A DNA stretch of 64,000 nucleotides. It comes from Lama glama. Its lineage: Eukaryota. The position numbers were made by a program, and so were the translations under genes. The stretch's first letter is position 1; every line of letters begins with the position of its first letter. A model generated the notes under the pieces. That model was not told the DNA's origin and ran no database searches. It saw only the letters and a program-made list of their open reading frames with translations. The DNA lies in contig CM052819.1 in the NCBI GenBank assembly GCA_028534125.1, forward strand, positions 70,184,001 through 70,248,000, given 5' to 3'. Shown in pieces: positions 25,950 to 36,725 of the stretch.

Positions 25950-26100
25950 TCAAAGCACTCATTTACTGATGAGGGGGAACTGCAGCCCCAGACTGGTGAC
26001 ACCACTCACCCAAGGTCAGAATTAGCAGCGGATCTCACAGAGCCAGATCTCCTGAATGACCAGTTCAGTGATTTTTTTTCCACTTATATCACTGACTGCC
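25950..26100 (-). mobile_element. MIR core
   Basis: catttactgatgagggggaactg..gcccaga...cccaaggtca...cagatctcctga...ttttttccact. Confidence 0.6.
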
Positions 26101-28205
26101 ATTTAGTTCTAAGTCAATCTATTTGACTTCTAAGACTTTTGCACCATCAATGGAATGAATCTCTGGGAACTTTTAAAGTTCTCTTGCCATGGGATGGTTT
26201 TATTAACTTCAAATGTGCATTAAATGCAGACAGCAAATAGTTTGATTTTGATGCCAATCAACTACCAAAAAAAAAAAAAGCCATGTTGGTGACAAAGCAT
26301 GTGACTTTTTTTGGAGTCGGGCTGCTTTATGGACCTGATTCCTTTTAACTGAGGTATAGCTTAAAGCCAAATAAACAAACCTACACTGGAGGTAATAAGG
26401 CCATCAGTCATGGCCTCTAGTTTGAATAGAAGCAGTGTGACTTTGCTCATGAGGAGGGTATTCTGCCACACGCTGATCTGCGATTAGCTCTCCTTAACCG
26501 TACTTGTTTTGCGGTACACAGTGCCTGTTGCTAGGTGACTCGACAGAAGGAGACAGAGGATTGATTGACGAGCCTAGTAACTCTTAAGTGACGGCAGTAT
26601 GTACATGCAGGGAACGAAGCCTCCATGTCACAGCTGCTGTTTGCTTCACTAAAAGTGACCCAAAGTAAATTCATGATGTTTGAAAAAGCAAAGCCCCTAT
26701 ACGCTCTTGCAAACACGCCCTTTATCGTGAGTTGTGCTGTTCATCTAACTGGACTTGGAGGGTCCCACAGTTTCCAGGATAAAACCCCATTTTCATTAGT
26801 GTGTAACTTGTCTATTTAAATTATCCCTGGCTCAGAGCCTGGAATGCAAATTCCATTTCTGAGAATCACTTTGTTTTCAATGACATTCAAGAAAGAAGAG
26901 GGTGGGGGGTGCTGATAGTATGCAGGGTGTGAGTTTGTTTTCACAATCATAGAAATCCTCTGTACTCTGAAACAGCTGACAGATTTAATTGAATTCGGCC
27001 AACTGAATTTTTGTTCAGTATGGTATTTTAAAAACTTACATTTTGAAAATTGTCACAAATGTTTCTTCTAAATGGAACAACCCGGATTTTCTCAACTTTC
27101 CTGTACACTGCCTTGATATTTGGTAATTTTAACACAGTAACAAGAGAAAACTGAAAGTGACAAATCAATACACATAACCTTTAGAGTGCTGTGACTTAAT
27201 CTCTGTACCTCAGTACGTTCCTGTTGTATACTTCTATTTATGACGTCACGGCCTCATTAAAAAATTTTGGTTGCTCTCTTTAGAAAAAGTGTTTCTAGCA
27301 GTGCATCATCCATCTTCCTAATAGCATCAAAGTGAAACAAAAGAAAAGAAAGGGAAAAAGTACATGGGACATTGGCAAATACAGGATGCAAATTATCTGG
27401 TGTGTTCAGTGGGATGGGACATGACCGGGAAAACCCTGGTACTTAGTTTGATTCATAAAATGATTGAGAAGAGTGGATGGCTTCTGGAAGGTGCCTTCTA
27501 AGCTGAAAGCTAATCAACTGAAACGTGTAATATGCTTTTACAAGGTTCTTCTGGAGAACAAAGGTTCCTTTGATAGTATAAGCACTCTTTGAATCCTTGT
27601 CAGGAGCCCACAGGAGCTTTGAAGTCTATATAAATGCTTAAGGGACCGTCCCAGTTAGCTGCATAGGCAATTACAAGAGAAACAGGAAAAATCCAGTTAC
27701 TGGCTGGAGCAGCAAGGCCCTCTGGGTTTCTTTCTTCCCTGTTTATTTTAATAATTTCTAGGTGCTGTCAAGTTATCAGAAAGCAGAGGGGAAAACTGAA
27801 AATCGAGGTCTTCTTCCCCAATTAAAAAAGACAAGCATTCTAAAACTTTTGAGACCTATTTTTCTCCTTCTAATTTCTAAGATACAATGATGTAATGAGG
27901 GTGGGACTCTTTATTTGACTATTAAAAGATGAAGTGTTTTCATTGGAACTTCTCAAGTCATTCATCTGCATAGCCATTTGCACACTAACATTAACTAGGT
28001 ATTATCATTAGGCAAAGCAACTTGCAGTAATTACTCCAAGTTTCTCCTACAACCTTCTCTTCTACCCCTACTCTGTTTTTTCCTCTTGATGTATTTCACA
28101 TACATACTCAGCGTGTGGAGAACTTCTTTATTTCAGGGCAATTTTCTAAACTACCGGAACACTTTCAAGAAGTAAATCAGCAAACATTAAGCATTAAAGG
28201 TCAGG

Positions 28206-28206
<1 letters not shown>

Positions 28207-28246
<40 letters not shown>

Positions 28247-28251
28247 TGTGT
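28207..28251. repeat. (TG)n microsatellite with one interruption, followed by degenerate TG/TA repeats to about 28420
   Basis: Direct reading of the sequence. Confidence 0.95.
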
Positions 28252-28743
28252 CCATATATATGTAGAAGGCTTATATATTTCGCTTGTATTTTGCTATTTT
28301 TATATATCAAAAGACAATGTATGGTTCAGCCTAATGTACATGTATATGTAGGCATGATATGTATGATTATGTGTATATATCATGTATCTCTGTGTGTGTG
28401 TGTTTGTGTATACATATATCACAGAACATTTATTTGTGCATGTCAGTGAAAGTAAGTATCACAGGCCAGGTTTCATTTAGTAGTACTTCATATCACAGGA
28501 AATTTCACCCGACAAAATGATAGAATATTCTTATAGTTCCTCACTGCAAAGCTCCTATTCGAATTTCAAGGATTTTTGTTTTCCTCGCTGACAGCATGCA
28601 CGAGCAGAAGGAAGATCTCTAGAAGTCCTCTCACATAGATGCCTGCTGTGGAGACACCACAGGGTTCACAGCCTTCTTTCTAAAGAACATTTCCTAGCAC
28701 CAGTCGTCAACCCTGCTTAGCAGCTGCACTGCGGGCTACTTAC

Positions 28744-28963
28744 TGAACACCTTGACCACTGCAGGGGCCTCAAACACGTTGTCTTCCGTCACTAGCATGC
28801 ACACAAATCTCTTTTCATCACCGATCCTTGCGTCGCTGATCGACAAGGTGTAGTTTTCATAGAGGCTCAATCTGTCTTTGTATTCTGGTACATCATCATA
28901 CTGTACACTCTTCTTCGTCGAGGACCTGAAGGCAATAAATACTGGGGAGCCATCCGGCTTTTC
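28744..28963 (-). CDS. ALCAM: ALCAM exon 3 (second half of Ig domain 1, the CD6/homophilic binding domain)
   Basis: 220 nt, EKPDGSPVFIAFRSSTKKSVQYDDVPEYKDRLSLYENYTLSISDARIGDEKRFVCMLVTEDNVFEAPAVVKVF(K); tttag| acceptor, |gtaagt donor; phase 0 to 1. Confidence 0.98.
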
Positions 28964-29900
28964 CTAAAGATTAAAATAATAATACATTTTTAAAAACAGG
29001 TGTATTCAGATGTCTCAGGATGACAACCAGAACAACAAAATTTCCTTGGCCATATTATTCCACCAATATTTGTAGTTCTGCCCAAGAAGAAGAATTTCGG
29101 ATATGAGCCTCCCATAAATCTTTGGAAGAGAAAACTACTCTTCACAAGAGGAGAAGCCGTAAGTTCTTTTACTGGCATCAACTGAAATATAAGAAAATGA
29201 GAGGATAGAGCTTTAGGAATCTGAGCTTTTCTCGCATCTGGAGGACAGAATTAGTAACTGTTTTGAAACTGACAAGGGCTGGCCTTATGTCTGATATGAA
29301 AGAAGAAAATGGATGAAAACAAACCTATTAGTGTTATGCTACAAAATGACTTTCAGCTAACTATCACAGCAAGCACACACTTGAGCTGCAAACACTCATT
29401 TAAAAATCTTGGGCAATTATATTCTGCATGTTCATTACTTTGATCTGCATACTTTAAACATCCACACCTCTCAGTTTTAGCCAGAATTGACAGAGCTGAC
29501 CTTTACACATAACACAGTTTAACGAGTCTTCATGGAGGAACAGTATTTGCCCTTGTGAAACGATCATGTCCATTAAGGAACAGAATCAGATTAATCACTA
29601 AAATCCATAGTTTTGCTACCTGAGTCATAAAAGTTAGCTCAAAGGGCTTTATATAAAAACTCATTCCAAAAGAAAACATAATCTGGCATACACAATTATG
29701 CCAGAGCACTGAGATACAGACTTCATTTCTTCCCCTGCTCCCACAAACATTCTCTTACCTAATAAGCAATAACCTAAAATAAGGGCCAATCTGTCTTCTA
29801 TATGCTTTGCAAGGCCTTTGTTGATAAAATGTTTTAAAGTGCATGACAAATTCCAAGGTGCTATGGGGGTAATATTTTTAAAAAATATTAATATTTATAC

Positions 29901-30277
29901 TGTTATGGAGTAAGTATTTGTGTCCTGCCCCAAATTTATATGTCTAGGTCCTAATCCCCACTGTGATGGTATTTGGAGGCAGGGCCTTTGCAAGGTAGTT
30001 AGGTTTAGATGAGGTCACGGAGATGGTGCCCTCATGATGAGATCAGTGCCCTTATAAGAAGAGGAAAAGACATTAGCTCTCGCTCGTTCTCTCTCCATGA
30101 GAGCACAAAGAGGTCATGTGAACACACAGCAAAGGACAGCTCTCTACAAATCAGGAAGGGGGCCCCCACCAAGAGCGGAATCTGCCAGTGCCAGCCTCCA
30201 GAACTGCAAGAAGTAAGTGTCTGTTGTTTAAGCCGCATGGTCCGTGGCATTTTGCTCTAGCAGCCCACGCTAAGACA
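29901..30277 (+). mobile_element. MaLR solo LTR (MLT1A-like)
   Basis: TG...CA ends (tgttatgga...ctaagaca), 377 bp, with motifs gtgatggtatttggagg, gcccttataagaagag, cagcctccagaact and tgttgtttaagcc. Confidence 0.88.
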
Positions 30278-30494
30278 ATGACTAAGTTAACCTTGGAGTC
30301 CAAGAGTTCTTGTTGGTTGACTATCTGAATATATCAATACTATTCTCATTAAACCTTTTGATTTTGTCACAGGTTTACAACGCAAATCCTTGCCCTACAT
30401 CATTCCTTCATTAAGAGAAATATGTTAGACCAGTACCTTATATTTCCATATTTATTCACTTATGCAAGAAATAAGTCATCAAACTTTAATAGCT

Positions 30495-30725
30495 ATTAAT
30501 TAGTAACTATACACCAGGTACTTTCTTTGGGCTTCCCATGCATTAATGGATGTAATACTCACAACAACCCTGTAAACTAGACTTACAACATTGGCTCCAT
30601 TTACAGATTAGACAATGGAGGCAGAGGCTGGTTAAATAGCTGGTCTAAGGCCCCAGCTAGTGTATCTCAGCAGCACCAAGACTGGAGCTTCACAGCCTGG
30701 CTCCGTTAATACTGCACTATATCAC
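30495..30725 (-). mobile_element. MIR
   Basis: taatactcacaacaaccctgt...ccatttacagat...gaggcagag..ggttaaatagctggtctaagg.cccagctagt. Confidence 0.75.
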
Positions 30726-31419
30726 TCTCGACAGAGACGCCTCTTCTGTACCAGCAAGAGAGAAGCCGGTGCTGGTGAGGAGGTGGTGGGAGTAGAGTGG
30801 GCAGGGCTGCACAGGGAGCTGTGATCTCCATTCGTGGGGAGGTTACCGTGCAGTAGGGGAGAAACGAATCCATCTTACCTCAGTGTTTGCTCCCTTTCAC
30901 TCCTTTCAAATCTGCCCTCTGTCTCAGGTTACAACCAGTTAGAGGTTGTGCACTGTGTCTGCAAATCCAGACTGCTTCTAGAGCATGTGGTACCTCACAT
31001 GTATCTCATCAGTTTATTCCTGAAGCTTCCTGTTTCAGTAACGATTTGAAAATGGCAACTATTGCTAGTTTCCACTGCCATTGTGCCACTTCACTTTGGG
31101 TGAAAACTGTTCCCTGGGCTATCATTGGGAACGTCTATGATCACAGAAGTTTTTCACCACCTGTATTCCATTTTTCTAGGCACTAAGTTTGACTCCAGGG
31201 TGAATTAGATGGTAGTCTCCCAGACCTTTGGAATTTTAGGGGTACAGACAGACTTCGTCCACATAGGCCTCACCTTCATTTTCCCATCTTTATCAGGAAC
31301 CAGAAATAGCTCAGAATTACCTGCTGTGAGCCGGATGACGGGGGGAGAGCACAGACGGTGCTTGCGGCCTCTCCTCCTCCTGCTTCCAGCTGCCTCTCTA
31401 GAGCTTAGCAGCCCCACCA

Positions 31420-31660
31420 TCCTAATAGCTTACCCTCTTCACACAATTACCATGTGCCAAGAACCAGGGAAGTATTCTGATAAGAGTCACTGCATGTAAC
31501 CCTCACAACAGTGTAAGGAAGACCATCATCATTCTCACTTTATCCTTGATCAAATGGGGATTAATCTACTTGTCCAGAAGCCCACAGAGAGTACACGGTA
31601 GAACTTGTCAGACTGACTCCAGCCAGACCCCTATTTTAAAGTACCGTGTCATACCACCCT
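31420..31660 (-). mobile_element. MIR
   Basis: taatagctta...accatgtgcca...taaccctcacaaca...cattctcactttat...gtcagactgactccag. Confidence 0.6.
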
Positions 31661-32658
31661 TAGGGTCTAACTTATGCACATTTCTATTCTGCAGAAAATT
31701 CATTCCTGCAGGTATCTGAGTGGAAAAAATGGTGTGGTTCAATAAACCTAAGAAATGTGCCAAATTCAGACAATTCATAATGTATCTTAATATAGCAAAG
31801 GCTCTGAGAAGTATTGCAATAAAAATACTTCTGAAAAATTATTTGACCATCAAATATTTTCCTATTCAAATACCTTTTAACATTTCAAGGAAGTAGGGAA
31901 AATGTGCCAATTGTGTTCCGTGAAACATGTCGGCTTTAATCTTGCAAACTATTGGGAGTCTCTTGAAAATTGTGCCACACAGACACCTTTTGTTGGTTTT
32001 GGCAATTGAATTAGGATATTTTATCAGTCAGAGCTACCTAGCCTTTCCATCTCACCTACTGTGATATTACCCTCCATTTCCAGACCCATCTCTACCTTGA
32101 TACCTGAGAAAATGATTTTGTTATCTGCAAGAAATGAATAAAATAAGCAGTGTTAAATTTAAAAAGGACCAACCATATCAACTCAGTTCTAAGACCAAGT
32201 ACCAGAAACAGGCTTCTAATGCAGGTGACTGATTCTGAGTGAGCATTTGGGTGATCTGGCTACTGTGCATCTTACCTCTGCAGTAACCACACCAAACCAA
32301 ACAAAACAAGTACGTACAGAAAGGCTGCTGTCTTTCCCCAAGTTCTGTCCTATCTTCCACAAATTCTGCTCTGGAACTCCACCTTTTCTTCTGCCTTGAA
32401 CACTTCAGTGTGAATACTGCAGACTAATATGATCTAAGAATTACGTGTTTGTTGGCTTTACTTTAAAATAGCCTTTGCTATGCAAGACTCAGGAATTATT
32501 CTTTTGGCATATTCAACACATTATTTCTACCTTCCTACGTTTATACCCACAGTTGAATATTGCCATTATGTTCATTTGAAATTCACATTTACTCACAGAA
32601 GGAATTTTCTCTCAAACACTAGAGGCAATCAACCAAGTCCAAGGTAGGTCACACTTAC

Positions 32659-32759
32659 ATATTTCCATTTGCCAAACATGAGATTCTGAGGTACATCGAG
32701 TCGGCAAGGCATAATAATGGTATCTCCATACGCTGAGTTTACAGTGTACCATCCAAGAC
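32659..32759 (-). CDS. ALCAM: ALCAM exon 2 (end of signal peptide, first half of V-type Ig domain 1)
   Basis: 101 nt, (G)LGWYTVNSAYGDTIIMPCRLDVPQNLMFGKWKY; acceptor ctgaag| after a pyrimidine tract, donor |gtaagt; phase 1 to 0. Confidence 0.98.
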
Positions 32760-33799
32760 CTTCAGAAAAAAGGGAAAAAAGAGAGAGAGAGATTTTTAAG
32801 TGTTTCCTTGAAGTAACAAAGTAAACAACTTCAGTTCAAGATGCATGTCTTAATGAAGATTATTATAATTTTATCTTAAATGGCATGCAACAAGTATGTG
32901 GTTAGAACATATTTCCTATTTAAATATCAACAGGTCTTATTTAGCTACTAAGCCTTTGAATGTCACACAATTCAAATCTAGAGACCCCTCCCGTTTTGCC
33001 AGCGAATAGATAAGTAGCGTGTGACAAAGGAACAGAGTGGAATTTGAGGGTGTATTTTCTCCATCACTGTATTTCATAAGAAAAAAAAATTCACTGTATT
33101 TCATGGAAGTGTAGGGCTATACAAAGATTGACATGCTTAAAATTCTCAAAACTAGCTTTAAATAAACTTGTGTCTTTCGTTCAAAAATATTATCAAATTT
33201 AACTTCTGGAAAACTTTTTAAACTATTAAATACTAAGAACTTACACATAAAAGACTACAACTGGATTTTAAAGACAAGTAGGAGAATGAGCATTGAAAAT
33301 GGCCTACTTTAGAGGAGCAATGGTTAAAACACTAGTTTTAATTTGAATTATACGTAAAATATTAACACAATAAGAATGTGTAGTATGAAAATTCTTTGGA
33401 AAGCGTTTACAAAGTGCTTGCCCTGCATTTTTGGTAGACAATCTAATTTTAGCTATAGCTGCTCCTAAGGTACAGAAAACTTCCTGGTCTTATTTAATTC
33501 TTTATTGAGAAAAACTATAAATGATAAATAATTAAGTTGTCAGCAATACTCACATTTTTGCATATATTAAAAAACACGCTATTCAAAAGCATGCTATATA
33601 TTCATGAAATTAAAAAAAAACAGGCATTTAACTTGGCAATAGTATAGTACTTAGGAAATATCTCAGATCTCTTTACTTTATTTTGTTTACAATTATCCTT
33701 AAGGTTAAATATTTTTACAATCAAATATCTGTTAAGATATGTCATAATTGGAGAGAGTGTGATGGAGCTATTTTAAACTGTGGAGGAAAAATGATATTT

Positions 33800-33818
33800 T
33801 GTCCACCAGGTGGTGCTA
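33800..33818 (+). promoter_or_regulatory. Candidate CTCF binding site in intron 1
   Basis: TGTCCACCAGGTGGTGCTA versus core consensus TGGCCACCAGGGGGCGCTA (16/19, mismatches at tolerated positions), an isolated GC-rich word in very AT-rich sequence. Confidence 0.6.
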
Positions 33819-34435
33819 AAATGCAAAGCTAAGGCAATTTGCAACACATAAATAAGACCATCATAGGACTTTCTGAAGAAAGACAGGGTGGATACTATCT
33901 TTCACTGTTACTCATCAATCACAATATGTACAAAAATTTCAAGTAGGGATAAAATCATTAACATTAGTAAATAAAGAAAAAGGTAATAAAATTCCTATTT
34001 TAAAATTCTGTCAATTGAGGAAGCTACTTTTCTTTAAAGTAATTTTACTCCAGTGAACAAAAGCATTACAAAGAACACAAATTTCATGGAAAAATGCCAC
34101 ATAACAACTGGTTTCCAGCATATTAAATAAAGAATACAAAATATAAGCCATGAGAATGTGTTTTCATTTTGCTATTTGAGACAAAGATTTTACTAAAACC
34201 GTTCATTATGTATTTATTTTATAATGGAAACTTATAATTTTTATCAATAATTTTTAATTGTTCAGTGTCCTCCATACTTTAACTTTAATTTCTTTTTATT
34301 TTAAACCAGTAAAGAGCATAAGACTGTAAATAAATAAATAGTCTCTTCAGCCTTGTTAAAATAAAAGTTGTGAGGGTTTAGACATGTGGCTGCAGACCGG
34401 CAAACCAAAGACAGTTAAGAAATTGCTTTATTTCA

Positions 34436-36725
34436 TGGTACTCAACGGTGAAAAACTCAAAAGCTTCCCACTAAAATCTGGGACAAGACAAGGCTACCCA
34501 CTCTCACCACTCCCATTCAACATAGTCTTGGAAGTCCTAGCCACAGCAATCAGGCAAGAGAGAGAAATATAAGGGATCCAAATTGGAAAAGAAGAGGTAA
34601 AAGTGTCACTATATGCAGATGACATGATACTATATATAGAAAAACCTAAAAGATCCACACAAAAACTACTAGAACTAATTGAAGAATTCAGCAAGGTAGC
34701 AGGTTACAAGATTAACGTTCAAAAATCAGTTACATTTCTTTATACTAATGATGAATAAATGGAAAAAAGAAAGTAAAGAAACAATCTCCTTTAAAATAGC
34801 ACCCAAAGTAATAAAATAACTATTTTGGTATTTATTGGTAAATCTAACCAAGGAGGTGAAAGACTTATACACAGAAAACTATAAAACACTGATTTAAGGA
34901 AATTAAAGAAGACTTAAAAAAATGGGAAGATATCCCATGCTCCTGGATTAAAAGAATCAATATTGTTAAAATGGTCACACTGCCCAAGGCAATCTACAGA
35001 TATAATGCAATCCCTATCAAATTAACCAGGACATATTTCACAGAACTAGAACAAATCATAGAATTGCCAAAACATTACTGAAGAAAAAGAAAGAGGCTGG
35101 AGGAATAACTCTCCCAGACTTCAGACAATACTACAGAGCTACAGTCATCAAAACAGCATAGTACTGGTACAAAAACAGACATATGGACCAATGGAACAGA
35201 ATAGAGAGCCCAGAAATGAACCCACAAACTTATGGTCAACTAATCTTCGACAAAGGAGGCAAGAATATACAATGGAATAAAGACAGTCTCTTCAGCAAAT
35301 GGTATTGAGAAAACTGGACAGCAGCATGTAAATCAATGAAGCTAGAACACTCCCTTNNNNNNNNNNNNNNNNNNNNNNNNNNNNNNNNNNNNNNNNNNNN
35401 NNNNNNNNNNNNNNNNNNNNNNNNNNNNNNNNNNNNNNNNNNNNNNNNNNNNNNNNACCATACACAAAAATCAACTCAAAATGGATCAAAGATTTAAACA
35501 TAAGACAAGATACAATAAACCTCCTAGAAGAAAATATAGGCAAAATATTATCTGACATACATCTCAAAAATGTTCTCCTAGGGCAGTCTACGCAAGCAAT
35601 AGAAAGAAAAGCAAGAATAAACAAATGGGACCTGATGAGACTTACAACCTTCTGCACAGCAAAGGAAACCATAAGTAAAACAAAAAGACAACATACAGAA
35701 TGGGAGAAAATTTTTGCAAATGAAACTGACAAAGGCTTGATCTCCAGAATATATGAGCAGCTCATACAACTTAGTAAGAAAAAAACAAACAACCCAATCC
35801 AAAAATGGGCAGAAGACCTAAACAAGCAATTCTCCAAGGAAGACATACAAATGATCAATAGGCACATGTAAAAATGCTCAATATCACTAATTATCAGAGA
35901 AATGCAAACCAAACTATAATGAGGTATCACCTCATAACAGTTAGAATGGCCATCATTCAAAAGTCCACAAATGACAAACGCTGGAGGGGCTGTGGAGAAA
36001 AGGGAACCCTCCTACACTGCTGGTGGGAATGCAGTTTGGTGCAGCCACTGTGGAAAACAGTATGGAGATTCCTCAAAAGACTAGAAATAGACATACCATA
36101 TGACCCAGGAATCCCGCTCCTGGGCATATATCCAGAAGGAACCCTACTTCAAAAAGACACCTGCACCCCAATGTTCACAGCAGTACTATTTACAATAGCC
36201 AACATGGAAACAGCCTAAATGTCCATCAACAGATGACTGGATAAAGAAGGTGTGGTATATTTATACAATGGAATACTATTCAGCCATAAAAACCAACAAC
36301 GTAACACCACTTGCAGCAACATGGATGTTCCTGGAGAATGTCATGCTAAGTGAAGTAAGCCAGATAGAGAAAGAAAAATACCATATGAGATCACTCATAT
36401 GTGGAATCTAAAAAAACAAAACAAAACAAAACATAAATACAAAACAGAAACAGACTCATAGACATAGAATATAAACTTGTGGTTGCCAAGGGGCTGGGGG
36501 GTGGGAAGGGACAGACTGGGATTTCAAAATGTAGAATAGATAAACAAGATTATACTGTATAGCACAGGGAAATATATACAAGATCTTATGGTAGCTCACA
36601 GAGGAAAAAAATGTGACAATGAATATATGTATGTTCATGTATAACTGAAAAATTGTGCTCTACACTGGAATTTGACACAACATTGTAAAATGACTATAAC
36701 TCAATAAAAAATGTTAAAAGAAAAC
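34436..36725 (+). mobile_element. Young 5'-truncated LINE-1 (ORF2 RT/C-terminal part plus 3' UTR), antisense to ALCAM, camelid-like
   Basis: ORF2 peptides ([22 protein letters not shown], a YADD motif, [27 protein letters not shown]) with stops and frameshifts. AATAAA at 36703-36708 and an A-rich tail. Perfect 18-bp TSD agaaattgctttatttca at 34418-34435 and 36726-36743, with an endonuclease-type TT|AAGA site. Confidence 0.97.

Larger units (their letters stand above)
2257..32759 (-). other. ALCAM: ALCAM/CD166 gene body, span from exon 2 to exon 14 (gene extends beyond both window ends)
   Basis: Eleven complete exons and one partial exon translate to a protein nearly identical to ALCAM as recalled. 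Splice sites and phases join exons 2-11 into one continuous frame. Confidence 0.99.

Noticed and set aside
28115-28449. Cys/Val-rich ORFs
   Set aside because: Translations of the TG microsatellite.
35292-35960. Longest ORF in the track (222 aa, minus strand)
   Set aside because: It is antisense to L1 ORF2 and extended through an N gap; a common L1 artefact, not a gene.
34384-36218. Plus-strand ORFs with reverse-transcriptase-like peptides as a possible novel RT system
   Set aside because: They are fragments of a decayed, 5'-truncated L1 ORF2 with stops and frameshifts.
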